From an uncultured Spartobacteria bacterium (GTDB lineage Bacteria; Verrucomicrobiota; Verrucomicrobiia; Chthoniobacterales; UBA6821), in contig CAIPWR010000145.1 of the NCBI GenBank assembly GCA_903868795.1, forward strand, positions 600-64,599: a DNA stretch of 64,000 bases, written 5' to 3'. Each line of letters starts with the position of its first letter. Position 1 is the first letter of the stretch. This document shows, piece by piece, positions 17,987 to 27,076 of this stretch. Under the pieces are notes generated by a model. That model did no database searches, was not told where the DNA came from, and was given only the letters and a program-made list of their open reading frames with translations. The position numbers and the translations under genes were made by a program.

Positions 17987-19300
17987 CTAACGCAGGGGGA
18001 GGTGGAAGGCCACCTCGAGCTCACGAATCACTTCATCTCCCATCACGCGAACGCTTCCGAGTGATTTGCTGTTGATCAAGGCCTCGGCCGTCGATTCGAG
18101 AACCTCAAGGCGGTCGAAGGCGTCAAGCAGGGAGCTGCCCAGAACCATGGCTCCATCATTCTCGATCAGATAGACTGGAAAATTCGGAGAGAGTCGCTGA
18201 GCCACGGCCGCGGAATCCTCGGAAAGTACGGAGATGGGCAGTTTCTCGACCTCGCGCAGGAAGACATAGCTCTCCGGAATGGTGCGAGTATCGAGTTGCT
18301 CAGCGCTGACCGCGAATGCGGTGGCGTTCACGGGAGTAGCGTTGACGATGGCCTGAACCGAGGAGTGCTCTGCGTAGATCTTTTCGTGGAGACGCGAGGC
18401 AAAACTAGCCTTCTTTCCATGCTCGGCGCGTCCGTTTTCGACGAGCACGAGTTCCTCCGGAGTGAGTTGTGCGCGGTCACAGCCCCTGGGTGTGATCACA
18501 AAGCTTGCGTCGGAGACACGAGCCGAGAAGCTCCCCTCGGTGCTGATAAGGAGGCGTTGGCGATAGCCCCGCATCACGAAATCGCTCAACTCGCGCCGCA
18601 AGGCCCGTTCCTTGGCGCTTGCTTCCCCGGGGATGAATTCCTCAAGCGGAGCCGCCAGTTGTTTTTCCGCGGAGAGCCCAGCGTCCCCCGTATAACGCAC
18701 CTCTCCCAGCACCGAAGCCTTGAGGATGGTCTTGGCTGTGAATTCGAGAGTCTCGAACTTCATGAAAGCTTCACGAAATGTGGGTGCACCCACAACCACG
18801 CCGTGGTTCTCGAGCATGACGCAGGAGACGCCCTTGGCAAACTCCCGGGCGATACTCTCCCCAAGAGCTTCGCTTCCCGGCAGTGCATAGGGGGCGAATC
18901 CTACCACGCCACAGGTTTCCCAAGCCTTGGGGAAAAGACGGGTGTCGGGCCGCCTGCCACAGATGCTGAAGGCTACCAATGCCACGGGGTGAGCGTGGAT
19001 AATCGCTTTGATATCGGGGCGGGCCTTATAGATCCCATGATGGAATGGATATTCCGATGACGGCTTGTGCAAACCTCGAATCTCACCATCTCTGCGGATC
19101 TCGACGATATCCTCTCTCTTGAGTCCTCCTTTGTCCACACGAGCAGGGGTGATCCAGACGGAACCTCCGTCATCAAGGATCGACAGATTTCCACCGGAGG
19201 TAGTGGTCATTCTGTAGCTGTAGATGCGCTCCATGGCGCTTTTGAGGACATCAGCGGGATGTGTTGTGTCGCGGTGCGTGATCATCGTGGCATTGATCAT
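17987..19300 (-). CDS. Tandem class II aldolase/adducin-domain protein (second domain degenerate)
   Basis: First half has IIHAHPVALVAF and LENHGVVVG (Zn-ligand His residues). Second half aligns but reads IVNATPVNATAF and IENDGAMVLG. Start uncertain (19300, 19285 or 19363). Confidence 0.8.
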   Translation of the reverse strand: MINATMITHRDTTHPADVLKSAMERIYSYRMTTTSGGNLSILDDGGSVWITPARVDKGGLKREDIVEIRRDGEIRGLHKPSSEYPFHHGIYKARPDIKAIIHAHPVALVAFSICGRRPDTRLFPKAWETCGVVGFAPYALPGSEALGESIAREFAKGVSCVMLENHGVVVGAPTFREAFMKFETLEFTAKTILKASVLGEVRYTGDAGLSAEKQLAAPLEEFIPGEASAKERALRRELSDFVMRGYRQRLLISTEGSFSARVSDASFVITPRGCDRAQLTPEELVLVENGRAEHGKKASFASRLHEKIYAEHSSVQAIVNATPVNATAFAVSAEQLDTRTIPESYVFLREVEKLPISVLSEDSAAVAQRLSPNFPVYLIENDGAMVLGSSLLDAFDRLEVLESTAEALINSKSLGSVRVMGDEVIRELEVAFHLPLR

Positions 19301-19404
19301 AGCCGTCCCCACGAGATTGAGCGAGATACGGATTCCTAAGGACACTTTAGTCCGCGATTTCATCCCTGTTTCCCTTGTCGGGGGATCATTGCCGCAGTTA
19401 AGTT

Positions 19405-20316
19405 ATGGTAATGTCTGCTGCCATATTTCCCGGCGAGAACGAGCCCCTCTTATACCTCGGTGAGTTTCCTGTGCGTCTGATCACCCTGCTGGTGGCCCTT
19501 CACAGCGCCGCCATGATCACGGCCTCGCTTCTTCTTGCGGCAGGACATGGAGCCCTGCTGGATCTCTTTATTTACAGCAGCACAGCCGTTGCTCACGGCC
19601 AGATCTGGAGGCTCGCAACCTACGCATTCGTTGCTTCTCCCTCGGTATGGTTCCTCCTTGAGATGGTGATGCTCTATTACTTCGGTCGCGAGGTGGAGAA
19701 CGGTCTCGGTTGGAAGCGTTTCGGAATCCTTTATGCGGGGCTGATCCTCCTTGGGCCGCTGCTTCTCCAGGCATTCGGGTATGGTGGAAAACCGCAGACA
19801 TTCGCCGGGGCTCAGGAGATCAACTTTGCGGTCTTCGCTGCTTTTGTGGCCATGCATCCGGGCGCTCAGTTCTTCTTTGGATTGGCCGCCCGCTGGGTCT
19901 TCCTGGGACTGCTCGCCATTTCCTCACTTCAACGGCTTGCGGATCATCAGCCGCCTCAGGTGCTCGTGCTGATTTTCTCAAGCATCCTGGCCATCATGCT
20001 GATGCGTCGCGCAGGATTCGAGGAGCCATTGTTCGGCTATGGATTCCAATGGTCGCTCCCTGGACTCAAGACTCCCCGGACCAAGTTCTCTGCCACTTCG
20101 GTTGGCATGCGCACGACCGCTATGGGGAATCACGGATCAAAGGCACAAGCAACTCCTTCCGAGGCAAGGGCCCACTTGGATCCGGAACTGGTGATGGATC
20201 GCCTGCTTGAGAAGATCAGCAGCAAGGGGATGAAAAGCCTGAGTTCCTCCGAGCGTGCTTCTCTGGAAAATGCAAGGCAAGCGATCCTGCAACGTGGCGG
20301 CACGAACCCTAAGTAA
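19405..20316 (+). CDS. Rhomboid-like polytopic membrane protein, probably catalytically inactive
   Basis: IWRLATYAFV and YYFGREVENGLGWKRF match rhomboid TM1-TM2/L1 motifs. The GxSG position reads FAGAQEI, so the serine is absent. Confidence 0.55.
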   Translation: MVMSAAIFPGENEPLLYLGEFPVRLITLLVALHSAAMITASLLLAAGHGALLDLFIYSSTAVAHGQIWRLATYAFVASPSVWFLLEMVMLYYFGREVENGLGWKRFGILYAGLILLGPLLLQAFGYGGKPQTFAGAQEINFAVFAAFVAMHPGAQFFFGLAARWVFLGLLAISSLQRLADHQPPQVLVLIFSSILAIMLMRRAGFEEPLFGYGFQWSLPGLKTPRTKFSATSVGMRTTAMGNHGSKAQATPSEARAHLDPELVMDRLLEKISSKGMKSLSSSERASLENARQAILQRGGTNPK

Positions 20317-20334
20317 CCCGCCTAGGGTCGTCCA

Positions 20335-21144
20335 ATGAGCCAATCACTCGATCAGCTCAAGGAGATCATTGCCCGATTGAGAGCGCCTGGCGGATGTCCT
20401 TGGGATCGTGAGCAGACGGCGGCCTCCCTCCGTTCTTCTCTGATCGAGGAGGCTTATGAGGTCGTCGATGCGATCGAGCGGGAGCATCCCTCCGATCTGG
20501 AGGAGGAACTTGGCGACCTTCTAATAAATATTTTCATGCAGGCCGAGATCGCCTCCGAGCATGGGGGATTCACCGTTGACTCTATTGCGTCCACTGCCGC
20601 AGAGAAACTCGTGCGGCGCCATCCGCATGTTTTCGGTGATGCCTCCGCGGAGACAAGTGGTGCCGTGCTGAGTCAATGGGAGGAGATCAAGCGTGCGGAA
20701 CGGAGAGCCAAGGGACTCGATCAGGCAGCGGATGCCTCGCTACTCGACGGAGTGGCGCGCACCTTCCCTGCGCTTGTCCGTGCCCAAAAAATTCAAAAGA
20801 AGGCGGCCAAGGTTGGATTTGACTGGGAGCGTCCCGAGGATGTCGTGGAGAAGATCCGGGAAGAAATCGTGGAGGTGGAGGCCGAGATGCCTGGACGTCA
20901 CGATCCCATCGTTGCGCAGCGTCTCTCTATCGAGGTGGGAGATCTACTTTTCGCAGTGGTGAATCTCGCCCGAGCCCTCTCGATCGATGCCGAATCGGCG
21001 CTTCAGGAGGCTACGGTCAAATTCGAGAAGCGATTTCACGGCATGGAGCGCGCCGTTCCCTCTGGCCGTGAATTCAAAGATCTTTCGTTCGATGAAATGA
21101 ACGCACTTTGGGAAATGGCAAAAAAATCCGAACGATCAGCATGA
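20335..21144 (+). CDS. mazG: Nucleoside triphosphate pyrophosphohydrolase MazG
   Basis: Two MazG repeats (EEAYEVVDAIE, EELGDLL; EEIVEVEAE, EVGDLLFAVVNLAR). Confidence 0.92.
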   Translation: MSQSLDQLKEIIARLRAPGGCPWDREQTAASLRSSLIEEAYEVVDAIEREHPSDLEEELGDLLINIFMQAEIASEHGGFTVDSIASTAAEKLVRRHPHVFGDASAETSGAVLSQWEEIKRAERRAKGLDQAADASLLDGVARTFPALVRAQKIQKKAAKVGFDWERPEDVVEKIREEIVEVEAEMPGRHDPIVAQRLSIEVGDLLFAVVNLARALSIDAESALQEATVKFEKRFHGMERAVPSGREFKDLSFDEMNALWEMAKKSERSA

Positions 21145-21935
21145 GCGATTCCTTTCAGATTCCTCCGATTTCCCTCGCTGTCACAGCATGCAACGAGGAG
21201 TCACGCCTCCGCAAATGCCTCGAGAGCGTACGCGGACTCGTGCGTGAGATCGTTGTCGTCGACAGCGGTTCCACCGATCGGACCGTGGCCATCGCGGAGG
21301 CTGAAGGGAGTCGCGTGATCAGCCAGGATTGGCTCGGACACAGCGCTCAGAAACAGGTGGCTCTGGATCACTGCACACAGCCTTGGGTACTGATCCTCGA
21401 CTGCGACGAAGAGGTCTCCGAGGAGCTGAGGCATTCTATTGATGCGTTTTTCTCCAGTGGAGATGTCGGTTGGTTCCATGGGTGCCGTTTCAACCGCAAG
21501 GTCTGCTTTCTCGGTCGCTGGATCATGCATGGAGACTGGTATCCCGACACGAAGCTGCGGCTTGTGCGACGAGACAAGGCCCGTATGGGTGGAAATGCTT
21601 CCCATGACGCCGTGCTTGTGGAGGGATCTGTGAAGCGTCTGCGTGGCGATCTGCTTCATGACTCCTACCCGACCATCCAGAGCTATCTCGATAAGATAGG
21701 CCCCTTTGCTGATGAATTCGTCCAACGTCAGGAGAATGAAGGAGAGCGCTGGTCGCCTGCGGCCAATCTCCTGCGCCCTATCTGGCGTTTCATTCGTGCT
21801 TATTTCCTAAGGCTTGGCTTCCTTGATGGATTCCCAGGCTTCTGGATCGCTTTTGCCACAGCCTTTTCCGTCTTTGTCCGCTACAGTCGCAAGTACGAGG
21901 AAGAGGTTAGGGAAAGGATGAAAGCTCAAGTATGA
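21141..21935 (+). CDS. Family 2 glycosyltransferase (LPS-core type)
   Basis: ISLAVTACNEE, VVVDSGSTDRT and ILDCDEE (the DxD-like motif). ATGA overlap with mazG. Confidence 0.85.
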   Translation: MSDSFQIPPISLAVTACNEESRLRKCLESVRGLVREIVVVDSGSTDRTVAIAEAEGSRVISQDWLGHSAQKQVALDHCTQPWVLILDCDEEVSEELRHSIDAFFSSGDVGWFHGCRFNRKVCFLGRWIMHGDWYPDTKLRLVRRDKARMGGNASHDAVLVEGSVKRLRGDLLHDSYPTIQSYLDKIGPFADEFVQRQENEGERWSPAANLLRPIWRFIRAYFLRLGFLDGFPGFWIAFATAFSVFVRYSRKYEEEVRERMKAQV

Positions 21936-22037
21936 GTGATGAAGCAAGCGGAGGGACTTGATTCCCCAGCAGAGTATCATGAGATTTTGGAGAACTTTCC
22001 CTTCATAATTCATCATTCATAACTCATCCTTTCCCCC

Positions 22038-23057
22038 ATGGCCCTCACTCGTCGCTCTTTCCTTGGAATGCTTGGACTGCTCCCCGCGGCTCAGGCTTTG
22101 CGTCTTCCTTCCGTCAATGCCGAAAACATTCCCACTGGCATTGTTCCCCGCCGCCAGTTCGGTCGACATCAGGAGACGCTCAGTTGCATTGGTTTCGGTG
22201 GGCATACGCTCGCGCTGGCTCCGACTGTTCAGGAAGCGACGAACATCGCGCATTACGCCATCGACCAGGGTGTCAATTTCTTCGATAACGCCTGGGAGTA
22301 TCACAACGGCCGTGCCGAGGATTGGATGGGTCAGGCCTTGGCCGGAGGTTGGCGGGAAAAGGCCTTCATCATGACGAAGGCTTGCATCCATCACGCCAAG
22401 AAATACGACATTCCCTTCACTGGCACCGACAAGGAGAAAGCCCTGCAGATGCTGCAAGCGCAGTTGAAGAGGCTTAAGACCGACTACATCGACCTTTGGA
22501 TGATTCATGAGATTCAGGACGCCGATGTCGATTTCCATCTTGGCAAGGATGGGATTCTCGAGGCTCTCGACGAAGCCAAGCGCAAGGGTATGGTCCGTTA
22601 TGTTGGCTTTACCGGGCATACCAGTCCCCAGGCTCACGTCCGCATGATTAACAGTGGGTATCCTTGGGATGCTTCCCTCCTGCCTGTTTCCGTCTTGGGA
22701 AATACCCTTCATGCGAAGGATTTCGATAAGATTGTCCTCCCCCTGATGCAGGAGAAAGGGATCGCCGCCATTGGAATGAAGGGATTCGGCGGAAGTAAGA
22801 GGGCTAGTCTTCACGGCATGGTGACCGTCCAGCAGGTGATCGACTACGCACTCAGCTACCCCGTCGTCGCCACACAATGCATCGGAATCGACTCCATGAC
22901 CTACGCCCAGCAGGCGGTTGCGGCGGCTCTGATCGCTCAACCGATGACCGTCGATCAGCGGAATAAGTTCCTGGCCTCAATCCAAGCCAGGGGAGGAGCT
23001 GAATTTGCAGCTTTCCTGAAAGAGGGGTATTCCGACGGCGCCTGCTGCGTCGCCTAG
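22038..23057 (+). CDS. Aldo/keto reductase with a Tat-type signal peptide
   Basis: MALTRRSFLGMLGLLPAAQA twin-arginine leader; AKR body (NFFDNAWEYHNGRAE, DYIDLWMIHE). Confidence 0.85.
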   Translation: MALTRRSFLGMLGLLPAAQALRLPSVNAENIPTGIVPRRQFGRHQETLSCIGFGGHTLALAPTVQEATNIAHYAIDQGVNFFDNAWEYHNGRAEDWMGQALAGGWREKAFIMTKACIHHAKKYDIPFTGTDKEKALQMLQAQLKRLKTDYIDLWMIHEIQDADVDFHLGKDGILEALDEAKRKGMVRYVGFTGHTSPQAHVRMINSGYPWDASLLPVSVLGNTLHAKDFDKIVLPLMQEKGIAAIGMKGFGGSKRASLHGMVTVQQVIDYALSYPVVATQCIGIDSMTYAQQAVAAALIAQPMTVDQRNKFLASIQARGGAEFAAFLKEGYSDGACCVA

Positions 23058-23088
23058 CGGCTTGGGATATCGGCGGATAGAAGCATTG

Positions 23089-23117
23089 GGCTTCACTCGC
23101 GGTAGAACTACTACCGC
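23089..23117 (+). repeat. GGCTTCACTC 10-mer plus hairpin GCGGTAG-AACTA-CTACCGC (downstream of the AKR gene)
   Basis: 7-bp stem followed by TTC. The stem sequence and the adjacent 10-mer parallel the fabH-downstream hairpin at 37008-37034. Confidence 0.5.
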
Positions 23118-23283
23118 TTCGCGTTCACACCTTGCTCTCCATCCGCCCTTCCAAGACTTTGCGGTGAGGAGTCCGCTGGATTAGAAAATAGGTGGTTTCC
23201 TGATTCCTTCAGATCTCTGCGTCTCGGCGCCTTTGCGCGAGTCCTCCCCTCTGCAGTTTTCTAAAAACCCAAATCGCTAAAGC

Positions 23284-24828
23284 CTACGATCGAAGTTCTT
23301 TAGTGAGTGTGAGGATATTCTTCCCCTCCTTGAATTCATAGTGCTGAGAGTCCGTGAGCTTCTTAACGAAGTGAATGCCGAGACCTCCGATCGGACGATC
23401 CTCGATCCCCTTCGCTGTATCAACCTCAGGAAGGAGAAGCGGGTTAAACGGCTTTCCCTTGTCTTCGATCATGATTTCCATGGACGCACCACGAAGCCTC
23501 ATTTGGATCAAGCAGGCCTCAGTCTCCAATGGAATGCCTCCGTATTTGAACACATTGGTAACCATTTCCTCGAGGATCACATCGACATCGATGAGATCCT
23601 CTTTGGAGATGCCATGCGTGGTCGAGAATTCCTCGGTAAACCGGAGAAGCCGGGTGAGTTCCCCCATGTTGTTTCGCAGGTTCAGGGATGACGGGAGGGC
23701 GGGGGTAGCTTCGGAAAAGCGAAACTCCATAAGGGAGAAGTCATCATCAAACTCCATCGAGCCATGCTGCTTTCTGATCATGCTGAGAATGGCTGTGAGT
23801 CGTTCAGGGCCTTGCATTCCGCCAACGAGTTCCGTGAATTCTTGGTGAGTCATCATTTCGGCGCCGGGACGCCCGATTTCATACGCTCCATCGCTGAAGA
23901 GATAAAGTTGCGATCCTGAGGGGATGGTGACTCTTCCGGTTCGGTATTGGGAATAGTTGAGGGCACCAATGACGGTGCCTCCGGAAGAAAGTGTTTTGAC
24001 AGGCTCTCCAGGTGAGCAGAGCAGTGCGGGCGGATGGCCTCCAGAGCAGTAATCAAGCTCACTCGAGCGTGCGTTATAGACTCCATACCAGACAGAAAAA
24101 TACATGTCATTGTGTCCCTCCATGGGGAAGGTGCTGTTCAGTCTCCCCAACACGAGCGCAGGATCTCTCGCTTCCTGGCCAGGAAGAGCGCCCGAACGCA
24201 GGAAATTAAGAACGCTTACCGAGAGGAGTGCGGCACCCACGCCATGACCGCAGACATCCAGCAGGTAAAAAGCAAGGTGATCATTGTCAACCCAGTGATA
24301 ACCAAAGGAGTCCCCTCCCAGTTGTGAACTCGGGATATACCTCCAGTCGGTCGCGACCGGACTCGTGAGCTTTTCCGGCAAGAGCGAGGTGACATATTCG
24401 GCTGCTTCGGCGAGCTCGTCGGCAAGCTGCTTCTGGCTTTTGACAAGAGCCTCGAATGTCCGTTGCTCTAGCTCTCTAAGTTGCTGGATGAGGGGGTCGC
24501 TCAGGGAAGGGTCGTCATCCACCACCATGATGGTGCCGGCCAGCGGATCCACCTGGTTGTGAGAAACCGTTGCTCCCGGTTCCTGATCTTCACCATCCGG
24601 CACCCAGAGAGGCTGGACCACATCGAGGACTTTGATCCGTTCTTCCGTGAGGTGCTCATCCAGCAATCTCATGAGATGGACGGCTTCCTTTCTGATTTTC
24701 TCAAAGCGGTCTTTTTCCGGACTCGTGGCATCCGCTTCCTCGACAATTGACCGGGCCACCCCCGTGAGTTCATCACGGAGAATTGATAGGGCTATCGAAT
24801 GCTCGGCCTTGGTTTCTTTGGGAGTCAT
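23284..24828 (-). CDS. PP2C (SpoIIE-type) serine phosphatase fused to an RsbW/SpoIIAB-like HATPase_c kinase domain
   Basis: The coiled-coil N-terminus is followed by a PP2C core (GGDSFGYHWVD, LLDVCGHGVGAAL, LFSDGAYE). The C-terminus has the N-box EEMVTNVFKYG, DKGKPFNP and GGLGIHFV. Confidence 0.85.
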   Translation of the reverse strand: MTPKETKAEHSIALSILRDELTGVARSIVEEADATSPEKDRFEKIRKEAVHLMRLLDEHLTEERIKVLDVVQPLWVPDGEDQEPGATVSHNQVDPLAGTIMVVDDDPSLSDPLIQQLRELEQRTFEALVKSQKQLADELAEAAEYVTSLLPEKLTSPVATDWRYIPSSQLGGDSFGYHWVDNDHLAFYLLDVCGHGVGAALLSVSVLNFLRSGALPGQEARDPALVLGRLNSTFPMEGHNDMYFSVWYGVYNARSSELDYCSGGHPPALLCSPGEPVKTLSSGGTVIGALNYSQYRTGRVTIPSGSQLYLFSDGAYEIGRPGAEMMTHQEFTELVGGMQGPERLTAILSMIRKQHGSMEFDDDFSLMEFRFSEATPALPSSLNLRNNMGELTRLLRFTEEFSTTHGISKEDLIDVDVILEEMVTNVFKYGGIPLETEACLIQMRLRGASMEIMIEDKGKPFNPLLLPEVDTAKGIEDRPIGGLGIHFVKKLTDSQHYEFKEGKNILTLTKELRS

Positions 24829-26939
24829 GTCAGAGAATCTCCGTTCTTTGGGAAGGTAAACTCCACCAGTGAAAAATCATCCGCAAAGTCATTTTTCCCT
24901 TGCTGTCGGCGCACCTCGTTAACAATGGCTTCCAGCTTAGTGCGTCCGCTTTCGGCCGAATCTCTAAGAATCATTGAAAACTCCTCATGGGTCATCATTG
25001 TGGAGTCGGGTCGGTCGATCTCGTAAGTTCCGTCGCTAAAGAGATAGAGCCTGGATCCCTGGGCAACCGTGACCGAAGCCGTCTCGTAGGTGGGCTTGGG
25101 AAAGGCTCCAACCACCGCGCCCTTCGCCGAGAGATTTTGAAAGCTGCCATCGGCTGCGATCAGGACGGCGGGAGGGTGTCCTCCGCAGGCAAAGCGCAGG
25201 GTGCCGGTGGAGCGGGTGTAGACGCCGTACCAAGCGGTGAAGTACATGTCGTTGTGCTGTTCCATCGGGAAAGCAGCATTCAGATTGCCCAGAACATTGG
25301 CTGGGTCCCGGAAGTTCGTGTCGGCAAGGGAAGAGATGCGCAGGACATTCACCACGCTGATGGAGAGCAATGCGGCCCCGACACCATGGCCGCAGACATC
25401 GAGCAGGTAGAGGGAGAGGGTGTCGTCGTCGAGCCAGTGATAGCCGAAGGAATCACCCCCGAGTTGTGACGAGGAGATGAAAACCCAGTCGGTGGAGACC
25501 GGTGATGTGAGTTTCTCCGGGAGTACCGCGCGCGAGTAGGTGGCCGCCTCGGCAAGTTCGGCCTGCATGGCGGCGTTGATCTTCTCAACCTTGGTCATGG
25601 CCGAGGCCAGATCGGCTGTTCTCTCCTTAACGGTCTGCTCAAGGTTGGCATTCCATTCCGAGAGACGCTCTTCTCTCAGTCGGATTTCCCGAACCATGGT
25701 GGAGAAGCTTTTCGCAAAACGACCCAACTCGTCAGGGCGTTTGCCGATCCGTTCCAAAATCCCTTTGTCGCCTTCGTAGCTTCCTCTCTCAAAAGAGGTT
25801 GCCACAGTTTGAAGTTCGGTGATCGGTTGCGAAACTCTACGGGCCGTAAAAAACACCACGCCAATCAGCAGAATGAGTCCGCACCCTCCGATGATTGCGG
25901 ATTCTTGCGCCAACTTCGCAGCCGGAGCCACGATGAGCTGATAAGGAACTTCCAGAACCAGCTTCCAACCGGTGGTTCGTCCCTTCGCCCAGTAGATCAC
26001 CTTGTTGCTACCATCCTTGAGATGCTGCCATCCGCTGTCTGAGGCCAGGATCTTCTGAATCCCTGGAACGCTGGTGACGAGTCCATTGCTGAGGAGGTCT
26101 TCGAGTGCCTTGGCTGGATCCTGCTCGCCCCCTTTAGGAGCTGGCTTATCCTTTGATGTCTCGGGACTCACAATGATAGCCCCGCTCTGTGAGATAAGAT
26201 ACGCGGTTTCACGGAGATCCTTCGGCCCCAAGGACGGTCCCTTGGGAGATGATGTGACTTTGCCCTCCTCCACTCCCATGGCCAGATCGGATTCATAGTT
26301 CCTGATATGGATTTTGCGAACGATCTTTCGCATTTCATCCAGTGCCACATCCACTCCAGCTACCCCCAAGAAAGTTCCCTTGGCGGAATAAACGGGTTTG
26401 GTGATGCTCACCATGTCGATATCGGAGCCACCCGCATCGAAATAGGGCTGGGTGACATGAAGGCCTTTCGACTCCTTTGCTCCCCGGTACCAGTCCTGAC
26501 TCTCGTCATGGAAGTCGTATTTTAAGTGGGCCGCATGGGGCCAACTCTTTCGGTCGACCCAGGGATTGGAATCCGGATCGCGCCAGTCCCGGCATTCCCT
26601 GTCTATATAAAGACCGTAGATAGCAGGCATCGGAGAGTGCTTCAGAAGGGAGGAGAGCCACGGAACCTTCACCCCCTCGTTGTTTGTCTCCGCAAGTTCA
26701 CTGGCCGCAATGACCTCGGGGTACATGGCCATCCGCTCGACCAGATCGTCCATGGTGTTGATCTCATCGTTCACGGCGCGGAGTGCCTCCTGCGAGGTTT
26801 GTCTGAGGAGCAGTTCCCTGCCACTGAAATAGTTGGCCACGGCCAGGACGATCAGGATCACGCCGGCTCCGGCCCCGATGGTCAGAGCGAACCGCTGCCC
26901 GATTGATCGGGGCATCAGGTAATGTTTCAGGGAGGGCAT
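24825..26939 (-). CDS. Membrane sensor phosphatase: Cache-like periplasmic domain, HAMP, coiled coil and PP2C (SpoIIE)
   Basis: Two TM helices flank a periplasmic domain of about 300 aa, followed by a HAMP-like linker. The PP2C core is paralogous to the downstream gene (GGDSFGYHWLD, LLDVCGHGVGAAL). ATGA overlap with the downstream gene. Confidence 0.85.
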   Translation of the reverse strand: MPSLKHYLMPRSIGQRFALTIGAGAGVILIVLAVANYFSGRELLLRQTSQEALRAVNDEINTMDDLVERMAMYPEVIAASELAETNNEGVKVPWLSSLLKHSPMPAIYGLYIDRECRDWRDPDSNPWVDRKSWPHAAHLKYDFHDESQDWYRGAKESKGLHVTQPYFDAGGSDIDMVSITKPVYSAKGTFLGVAGVDVALDEMRKIVRKIHIRNYESDLAMGVEEGKVTSSPKGPSLGPKDLRETAYLISQSGAIIVSPETSKDKPAPKGGEQDPAKALEDLLSNGLVTSVPGIQKILASDSGWQHLKDGSNKVIYWAKGRTTGWKLVLEVPYQLIVAPAAKLAQESAIIGGCGLILLIGVVFFTARRVSQPITELQTVATSFERGSYEGDKGILERIGKRPDELGRFAKSFSTMVREIRLREERLSEWNANLEQTVKERTADLASAMTKVEKINAAMQAELAEAATYSRAVLPEKLTSPVSTDWVFISSSQLGGDSFGYHWLDDDTLSLYLLDVCGHGVGAALLSISVVNVLRISSLADTNFRDPANVLGNLNAAFPMEQHNDMYFTAWYGVYTRSTGTLRFACGGHPPAVLIAADGSFQNLSAKGAVVGAFPKPTYETASVTVAQGSRLYLFSDGTYEIDRPDSTMMTHEEFSMILRDSAESGRTKLEAIVNEVRRQQGKNDFADDFSLVEFTFPKNGDSLT

Positions 26940-27076
26940 GGATACAGGAGTCCTCTGCAAGCGATAGTATATCCTAGGGGCAAAGCCAAGCGGATGACGC
27001 ACTCTCTCCTCAGAGTCTTTGTTTTATGGCACAAGAACGGATCTTGACGGGCATCCCCCGGTGCATTTTGAGTTGG

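Noticed and set aside
27027-27046. TGGCAC resembling a sigma-54 -24 box upstream of the STAS gene
   Set aside because: The -12 position reads CGGA rather than TTGC at the required spacing.
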